DNA of 64,000 bases from positions 320,001-384,000 of the forward strand of contig CAXXVZ010000003.1 in NCBI GenBank assembly GCA_963678065.2, given 5' to 3'. The DNA is from Treponemataceae bacterium (GTDB lineage Bacteria; Spirochaetota; Spirochaetia; Treponematales; Rectinemataceae). Position 1 is the first letter of the stretch, and every line of letters begins with the position of its first letter. Shown here piece by piece: positions 58,340 through 64,000 of this stretch. The notes under the pieces were generated by a model that worked only from the letters and a program-made list of their open reading frames with translations, was not told the DNA's origin and ran no database searches. Position numbers and translations under genes: made by a program.

Positions 58340-58891
58340 ATGAGAGAGAAGGCCGGCTTCGAGTTGCGGACGAAGACTCTCCTTGTCGTCTTCGGGCTCT
58401 GCGCCTTTCTCGCTGTATTTGCGGCAGTCGATACGGCCGAGTATTACCGGGCATGGAGCCAGGCCCGGAACTGGACAGATGTCCAGAAATCCGTAGCTCC
58501 CGCCGTGGACGCGATGAGAATGTATGCACTCATTCTGGCGGCTCTGGTTCTCGATACGGCAGTTATTGCGCTATCTTTCGCGGGCGGCCTTGCGCTCGGA
58601 ATATCCACGACGACCGAGAGCCGGCTCGCTTCCAGGGTGACATACTTTCTCTGTGTAGCCTCCGTCCTCGCGGGTCTCTGCTTTGCGATTGTCATGTCTT
58701 TCTATCGCGTCAACCTTGGACTGCGCATGGTCCTGAAGGGCCCCATTTTCGATTACACTATGAGGATACAGCCGCCTGTCGCTCTGGCCATGGCAGCTTT
58801 TCCCGTATTGACGGTCTTTCTGCCGTTCATTCGGGGGAAACGGCCGCTCAAAGGACGAAGAGCCGGGCAATTCCATACTGAAACAGGATAG
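58340..58891 (+). CDS. Hypothetical membrane protein
   Basis: About four hydrophobic segments; no family recognised. Confidence 0.55.
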   Translation: MREKAGFELRTKTLLVVFGLCAFLAVFAAVDTAEYYRAWSQARNWTDVQKSVAPAVDAMRMYALILAALVLDTAVIALSFAGGLALGISTTTESRLASRVTYFLCVASVLAGLCFAIVMSFYRVNLGLRMVLKGPIFDYTMRIQPPVALAMAAFPVLTVFLPFIRGKRPLKGRRAGQFHTETG

Positions 58892-59309
58892 AGACAAGGA
58901 AGGAGCCGAGACCCGCGAGCGCGAGGTCGACAGACAATCTGCGCGCTTCGATCCTGGCCTTGAGTCGCTGTTCTGCGGGGCTGTCGCCAAGCGGGGCAGG
59001 GTTGTTTTCAGGGGAAACCATCTCGTGGGGCAGCGGTATCCGTTCCTTCCACTCATCGGCATGTGAACGGAAGAATTTGCCAAGATGTCCCGGGTTGAAA
59101 ATGGCCAGACCATCCTGCTTGAGCCATGAAAACCACGCGATGCCCCAGTATCCCGCGGCGAAGACCAGAAGATAGTTTCCGAAACCCATGAGGATGCCGG
59201 ATTCTCCCCGGAAAACGAAGGCAGGAATGGCGGCGAGCAGGGAAACGAGAAAAAAAACACAGGCCCGCCTTGAGATCAGAATCTTACGGCGCTTTGCTGT
59301 ATTTCGCAT
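58848..59309 (-). CDS. Hypothetical membrane protein
   Basis: Three hydrophobic segments; convergent overlap with the previous ORF; no family recognised. Confidence 0.5.
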   Translation of the reverse strand: MRNTAKRRKILISRRACVFFLVSLLAAIPAFVFRGESGILMGFGNYLLVFAAGYWGIAWFSWLKQDGLAIFNPGHLGKFFRSHADEWKERIPLPHEMVSPENNPAPLGDSPAEQRLKARIEARRLSVDLALAGLGSFLVSILFQYGIARLFVL

Positions 59310-59394
59310 TTGAGGATAAATGACGGCAGATAAGGTTTTGGAGGTCTGGGCACACTGACGCGATAACCCCCTTTTAAAAAAAACGGAATCGGCG

Positions 59395-59423
59395 TTGATT
59401 TACTCTTCATTAAGATGCACAAT
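59395..59423 (+). promoter_or_regulatory. Putative promoter of the opp operon
   Basis: TTGATT-N17-CACAAT, preceded by an AT-rich tract. Confidence 0.5.
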
Positions 59424-59510
59424 ACTCTATCTATGTGAATGGAGGAAGGGTTTTCCGCGTACCTTCCTTCTACAATCCCGGAAAGGGGAAATCTTTGTCA
59501 GGAGGCAGAA

Positions 59511-61484
59511 ATGCTGAAGAAAATTGCAGTAGCCGCTGTGATTCTTATCGTACTGACGGCAGGGTTGGCTATGGCAGCGGGCCAGGCCAAATCGAAAGAT
59601 TATGTGTATGTGTTCTCGACTGATCCCCGCTCCTTCGCCTACCTCATGGATCAGCGCCAGACCAACACGAGGCACATTGCCAATTTTGTAGATGGCCTCA
59701 TCGAACACGATCGCTTCGGCATTCTGAGGCCAGCACTCGCCGAGAGCTGGTCAGCCAACGACAATTATACCGTCTGGACTTTCAAGATCCGCAAGAACGT
59801 GAAGTGGGTCACCTCCGAACTCGAGACCTACGCCACCGTCAAGGCGCAGGACTGGGTCGACGCCATGAAGTATATGCTCGACAACAAGAGCACGCTGAAC
59901 TATCTCGTTTCCGGCTTTGTCGTCAACGCTGACAAGTATTCGGCCGGAAAGATCACGGATTTCTCCCAGGTCGGCGTCAAGGCCAAGGACGACTACACTC
60001 TCGAATACTCGCTCGAGAAACCCACGCCCTTCTTCGACTCCATGCTGACCTATAACGCTTATTATCCCGTCAACGGCGAATTCCTCAAGAGCAAGGGAAA
60101 GGACTTCGGGAAGGTCGACAAAAACGGCATCCTCTACAACGGAGCCTATGTCCTCTCCAATTTCACCTCCAAGTCCGTGATCGAGTACGACGCCAACCCG
60201 ACCTATTGGGACAAGGACAACATCACGGTCAAGCACGTCAAACTCGTCTACTTCGATAACAAGGACGCCGACTCCCTCTTCAACAACTTCGACAACGGCA
60301 CCTACGTCCAGGCGCCGGTCTACACGGACAACGAGGCCCTCTTCGCGCGCGCGCAGGCCAAGTACAAGGATTCCATCTACCGCGTCAAGCAGGATTCCAC
60401 GTCTTTCGTGTATGCCTTCAACTATGACCGCAACGCCTACGCTTCGCCCGCGGATGCCACCAAGGGCAAGACTCCCAAGTCCGAAAAAGCGCAGGCTGAC
60501 ACCAAAAAAGCCATCCTGAACCGCAATTTCCGCAAGGCGATCTTCTTCGGAACCGATCGCCCCACCATTCTCGCCCAGCGCAACGGCGAAGTGAACAAAC
60601 TCTCCGCACTCCGCAATGTCTACACTGCACCCGACCTCTCGGCCGATAAAGCCGGCAAGGACTACTCGAAGTTCGTCGAGGACGCCCTCAAGGCGCGCAA
60701 TCCCACCGACTTCCCCGCCTCATTCAAGGTCGACGATGCCCAGGATCCCTATTTCAACCCCGAAAAAGCCAAGGCTTACATGGCCAAGGCCAAGACCGAA
60801 CTCAGCGCCAAGGGCGTAAAGTTCCCCATCGAGATCGATACCGCCGCGGACGTTTCCTACACCAAGGGTCTCAAGATGGATCAGTCCCTCAAAGCAGGAC
60901 TCGAAGAGCTCTTCGGCACCGATACCATCAAGGTCAACATCGTCGAGATGGATAAAGACAACGCCGATGCTTCCACCTACCAGGCTGAAACCGGGGCCCA
61001 GTCCAACTACGACATCGGCAATTCCACCGGATGGGGCCCGGACTACGGTGATCCCTACACCTTCCTCCAGTGCTTCGAGCCCGTCGTCGGAGCCCTCCTC
61101 ACGCCGATCGGACTCGACCCCGTGGACTCCGGTTCCGACAAGGAAGCCGCGACCACTATCGGCCTCTACGCCTATGCCAAGAAGGTGGAGGCCGCCTCCG
61201 ACGAATACAAGGACATCACCAAGCGCTTCAAGATGTTCGCCGAAGCCGAGGCCCAGATCCTCGACGACGCCATCGTCCTCCCCTATATGTCCTTCGGCGG
61301 AAGCTTTGCCGTATCCCGTGTACAGCCTTACACCGCACCTTTCTCCGCCTACGGCGCCGACGAGGAAAAGTTCAAGGGCCGCATCGTGACCGACAAGGTC
61401 ATCACCCTCGCTGAGCGCGAGAAGCTCAAGGCTCAGTGGGAGAAAGACAAGGCTGCCGCATACAAGAAGCTGAACGCGAAGTGA
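59511..61484 (+). CDS. oppA: Oligopeptide ABC substrate-binding protein (AmiA/AliA-like)
   Basis: Family 5 SBP: VDGLIEHD...PALAESW...WTFKIRK.VKW, LYNGAY, GWGPDYGDP.TFL. Start ATG 59511 after AGGAGG. Confidence 0.9.
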   Translation: MLKKIAVAAVILIVLTAGLAMAAGQAKSKDYVYVFSTDPRSFAYLMDQRQTNTRHIANFVDGLIEHDRFGILRPALAESWSANDNYTVWTFKIRKNVKWVTSELETYATVKAQDWVDAMKYMLDNKSTLNYLVSGFVVNADKYSAGKITDFSQVGVKAKDDYTLEYSLEKPTPFFDSMLTYNAYYPVNGEFLKSKGKDFGKVDKNGILYNGAYVLSNFTSKSVIEYDANPTYWDKDNITVKHVKLVYFDNKDADSLFNNFDNGTYVQAPVYTDNEALFARAQAKYKDSIYRVKQDSTSFVYAFNYDRNAYASPADATKGKTPKSEKAQADTKKAILNRNFRKAIFFGTDRPTILAQRNGEVNKLSALRNVYTAPDLSADKAGKDYSKFVEDALKARNPTDFPASFKVDDAQDPYFNPEKAKAYMAKAKTELSAKGVKFPIEIDTAADVSYTKGLKMDQSLKAGLEELFGTDTIKVNIVEMDKDNADASTYQAETGAQSNYDIGNSTGWGPDYGDPYTFLQCFEPVVGALLTPIGLDPVDSGSDKEAATTIGLYAYAKKVEAASDEYKDITKRFKMFAEAEAQILDDAIVLPYMSFGGSFAVSRVQPYTAPFSAYGADEEKFKGRIVTDKVITLAEREKLKAQWEKDKAAAYKKLNAK

Positions 61485-61575
61485 TCGCGCGGGCGGTGTC
61501 TACGCGGGCGCCGCTTGCACGCACTCCGGGTCGGCCAGCTTCCGCTCTTGGAGCGCCCATCGTTCCGGCAGTGTG

Positions 61576-61615
61576 CGGGGAGGGATTCCCCGGAATCCCT
61601 CCCCGGTTTCTTTTT
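61576..61615 (+). terminator. Intrinsic terminator between oppA and oppB
   Basis: CGGGGAGGGATTCC/GGAATCCCTCCCCG stem followed by GTTTCTTTTT. Confidence 0.75.
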
Positions 61616-61770
61616 ATCGGGCTGAAGGGTCGCAGAGTGCGGACAGCGCCGGATGAGGCCTCTTCTCCGATACCGCATACGATTCTTGTTCCTTCCCATC
61701 TCGAAGGCGGCCATGGCCGACCTACCCTGGACTGATGCCATCCCGGCCCCAGTCCCGTTTGCGGGGTTAC

Positions 61771-63276
61771 ATGAAAGGTTACATATTCAAGAGGATTTTC
61801 CAATCCATCTTCTCGGTGTTCGTCGTCTCGCTGCTCACCGTTTTCCTGGTGTACTCCTGCATCCCGCGGCAGCTTGTCTTCAAGGGAGACCAGACCCTCC
61901 AGAAGCTCGCCAACAAGGCGGATGAGTACCAGGATTACAAATACCGGCAATGGAAACTGCTTGGGTACATCGAATACATTACCCAGAAAGAATATGCTCA
62001 ATCCTTATATGGGGCGGATTCGTCGAAGGTCCCGGAAGCCATGGCTCCCGGATCAGCGTTCGGGGATGAGTTCGAAAAGGCCATGAAGGCGAAAGGATTC
62101 AGAACCGCGCGGCAACCAGTGACCAATTACGTCTATGCCGTGCGCGATGTTCCGCTCATGACACGCGTTCTGCGCTGGTACGGACGTCTTGTGTTCATTG
62201 ACTATCCCGGACGTGTCAGGGATCCCGCAAATCCTGAGCTGAAGCGCGGTTACTACTTTGCCAGGGACTGGCACGGCCTGCCTGCCCTCGTGGCCTCGGG
62301 TACCCGCTACAAGTACCAGATATGGCTTGGCGATGGCTTCCCATGGATACACCAGAACATCATTACGCTTGATTTCGGCATATCGTACCCGACATACGAT
62401 GGAGTACCTGTCACTACAGTCATAGCTGGTGGTCAGGGGAGGACGGTAAAGCGCGAGGTCAGCGCGAAGCTCAACGGAGAGGAGAGCACATTCTTTACAT
62501 CCATCAACGAGCACACACTCAAGTACAAACCCTACCTGGACAAGCTCGATCTCAACAAATACGACGACCATTACGCTGACGGGAACAGCTACTTCGAAGA
62601 TCCCTCCATGATGGCGATTTCCTTCAATATCGGAACGGTCGCCCTCGTCATCTCTCTCGCTCTCGGGCTCAGCATCGGTGTGATAGCCGCCATGCGCAAG
62701 GATAAACTTTTTGACAAGGCCGTCATGGGCTACGTCGTTCTCATAAGCGCGATTCCGACGCTCCTTTACATCGCGCTCGTGGCGCGTTTCGGCATGCGGC
62801 TCTTGGGGCTGCCGGACAAGTTCCCCTTCATGGGATCGCACAATATTCTCTCCTACATCCTGCCGACACTCTCGCTCTCCCTCGGTGGAATCGCGGGGGA
62901 AGCGCTCTGGATACGGCGATACATGGTCGACCAGATGACCGCGGACTATGTCAAGTTCGCCCGTTCCAAGGGTTTATCCCAATCCGAAGTCTTTTTCCGC
63001 CATATTGTCCGCAACGCTCTCATCCCTGTCGTCCACAGTATTCCGATGGCTGTCATCGGAACCCTGGCCGGAGCCCTTATCACCGAGAGTTTCTACGCGG
63101 TCCCCGGTATGGGAAAGATGTTTCCGAGCGCCATCGGCGACTACAACAATGCCATGATCATCGCGCTCACATTCATATTCACGGTGATCTCCATTTTGGC
63201 CATATTCCTCGGCGATATTCTCGTGACCTTTGTCGATCCGCGCATCAGTCTCGCGGTCAAAAAGGAAGCGAGGTAA
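61771..63276 (+). CDS. oppB: Oligopeptide ABC permease with a large extracytoplasmic insert (AmiC-like)
   Basis: YIFKRIFQS, DFGISY, WIRRYMVDQMTADYVKFARSKGL, TESFYAVPGMG. Confidence 0.9.
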   Translation: MKGYIFKRIFQSIFSVFVVSLLTVFLVYSCIPRQLVFKGDQTLQKLANKADEYQDYKYRQWKLLGYIEYITQKEYAQSLYGADSSKVPEAMAPGSAFGDEFEKAMKAKGFRTARQPVTNYVYAVRDVPLMTRVLRWYGRLVFIDYPGRVRDPANPELKRGYYFARDWHGLPALVASGTRYKYQIWLGDGFPWIHQNIITLDFGISYPTYDGVPVTTVIAGGQGRTVKREVSAKLNGEESTFFTSINEHTLKYKPYLDKLDLNKYDDHYADGNSYFEDPSMMAISFNIGTVALVISLALGLSIGVIAAMRKDKLFDKAVMGYVVLISAIPTLLYIALVARFGMRLLGLPDKFPFMGSHNILSYILPTLSLSLGGIAGEALWIRRYMVDQMTADYVKFARSKGLSQSEVFFRHIVRNALIPVVHSIPMAVIGTLAGALITESFYAVPGMGKMFPSAIGDYNNAMIIALTFIFTVISILAIFLGDILVTFVDPRISLAVKKEAR

Positions 63277-63279
63277 ACG

Positions 63280-64000
63280 ATGCAGAAAACAGTGGAACGA
63301 TTCGCCTTCGTCTCTTTCGATTCGCTCAAGTCCGAACACATCGCCGGACCGAGATACTCGTACTGGAAGTCGGTCTTCCAGACTTTTTTCAAGCGGAGAG
63401 TCGCGATTTTCTGGCTGGTGCTCCTTTTGTCCCTCACCCTGTTATCCTTCATCCAGCCTGTCATCTCCGGCTATGATCCGGCCTTCGCGCCGAACATCAA
63501 CACACCGTCGACCTGGAACCTTTCTCCTTCCGCCCAGCACTGGTTCGGGACCGACGACCGAGGCAACGACATGTGGGATGTCGTCTGGGCCGGCACGCGC
63601 ATGTCCCTGTCCATCGCCTTTATCGCCTGCGCCATCAACATCGGGCTCGGCATACTCGTGGGCGCGGTCTGGGGCTACTCGAAGCGCATCGACCCATTCC
63701 TCCTGACTCTCTACAATATTGTCTCGAATGTCCCCTCCATCCTCCGCTCGATGATGCTCATGTACATACTCGGGCGCGGCTTTTGGCAGATGATCTTCGC
63801 GATGACGATCACCGGCTGGCTCGGCATCGCCTTTTTCATCCGCACCCAGGTCATGATCATCCGCGACAGGGAGTACAACCTCGCATCCCGCTGTCTCGGA
63901 ACCCCCATGTCCCGGATGGTCACCCGCAACATCCTGCCCTACATGGTCTCGGTCATAGCCACGCTCATCTATCAGGAGGTCCCTGGCCTCATAAACACGG
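63280..64000 (+). CDS. oppC: Oligopeptide ABC permease (AmiD-like), 3' partial
   Basis: Not in the ORF track (no stop in window). Manual translation: MQKTVERFAFVSFDSLKSEHIAGPRYSYWKSVFQTFFKRR...HWFGTDDRGNDMWDVVWAGTRMS...REYNLASRCLGT. Confidence 0.9.
   Translation, partial: MQKTVERFAFVSFDSLKSEHIAGPRYSYWKSVFQTFFKRRVAIFWLVLLLSLTLLSFIQPVISGYDPAFAPNINTPSTWNLSPSAQHWFGTDDRGNDMWDVVWAGTRMSLSIAFIACAINIGLGILVGAVWGYSKRIDPFLLTLYNIVSNVPSILRSMMLMYILGRGFWQMIFAMTITGWLGIAFFIRTQVMIIRDREYNLASRCLGTPMSRMVTRNILPYMVSVIATLIYQEVPGLINT

Noticed and set aside
1..64000. tRNA, rRNA, CRISPR arrays, integrases/transposases, defence systems
   Set aside because: No cloverleaf, rRNA-like tract, regularly spaced repeats or recombinase/transposase motifs were seen; the boundaries of the catabolic region could not be tied to att sites.

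Overview
GC-rich bacterial chromosomal segment, most likely from a Spirochaetota genome. This is an inference from lolA-rodZ synteny, a long-type PPi-PFK, a ThrRS lacking the TGS domain, a very large ankyrin lipoprotein and an Ami-type Opp system. 1-17.7 kb is housekeeping: rodZ-like, lolA, pfp, a membrane protein-LysM/M23-sigma70 operon, the ankyrin lipoprotein, a clpS-clpA-aat-B12 radical SAM operon, and thrS behind an unusually enlarged Thr T-box riboswitch. 17.7-58.3 kb is a large inositol/inositol-phosphate catabolic region. It holds two Fe3+/AfuABC-class ABC transporters, each with a TM0415-like (PPi-type, RxGRGD) ribokinase-family kinase, two atypical HAD hydrolases and a PHP pseudogene. 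It also holds an IolG-like/sugar ABC/IolI-like operon, an AraC-sugar ABC-DUF4432-ALDH block and iolG-iolB-iolD-iolE. iolC, iolJ and iolA are absent from the window. In their place, iolE is followed by an archaeal-type (class II) GAPDH, an archaeal-type PGK-like kinase, a malic enzyme and a LarA-family racemase; the first two show altered substrate-site motifs and foreign codon usage. I propose, as an inference, that these four genes form an undescribed lower inositol pathway via D-malic semialdehyde, D-malyl-phosphate, D-malate (+ATP), L-malate and pyruvate. The window ends in an oppA-oppB-oppC operon. No rRNA, tRNA, CRISPR array or transposase was seen. All assignments come from motif recognition by eye, without database searches.
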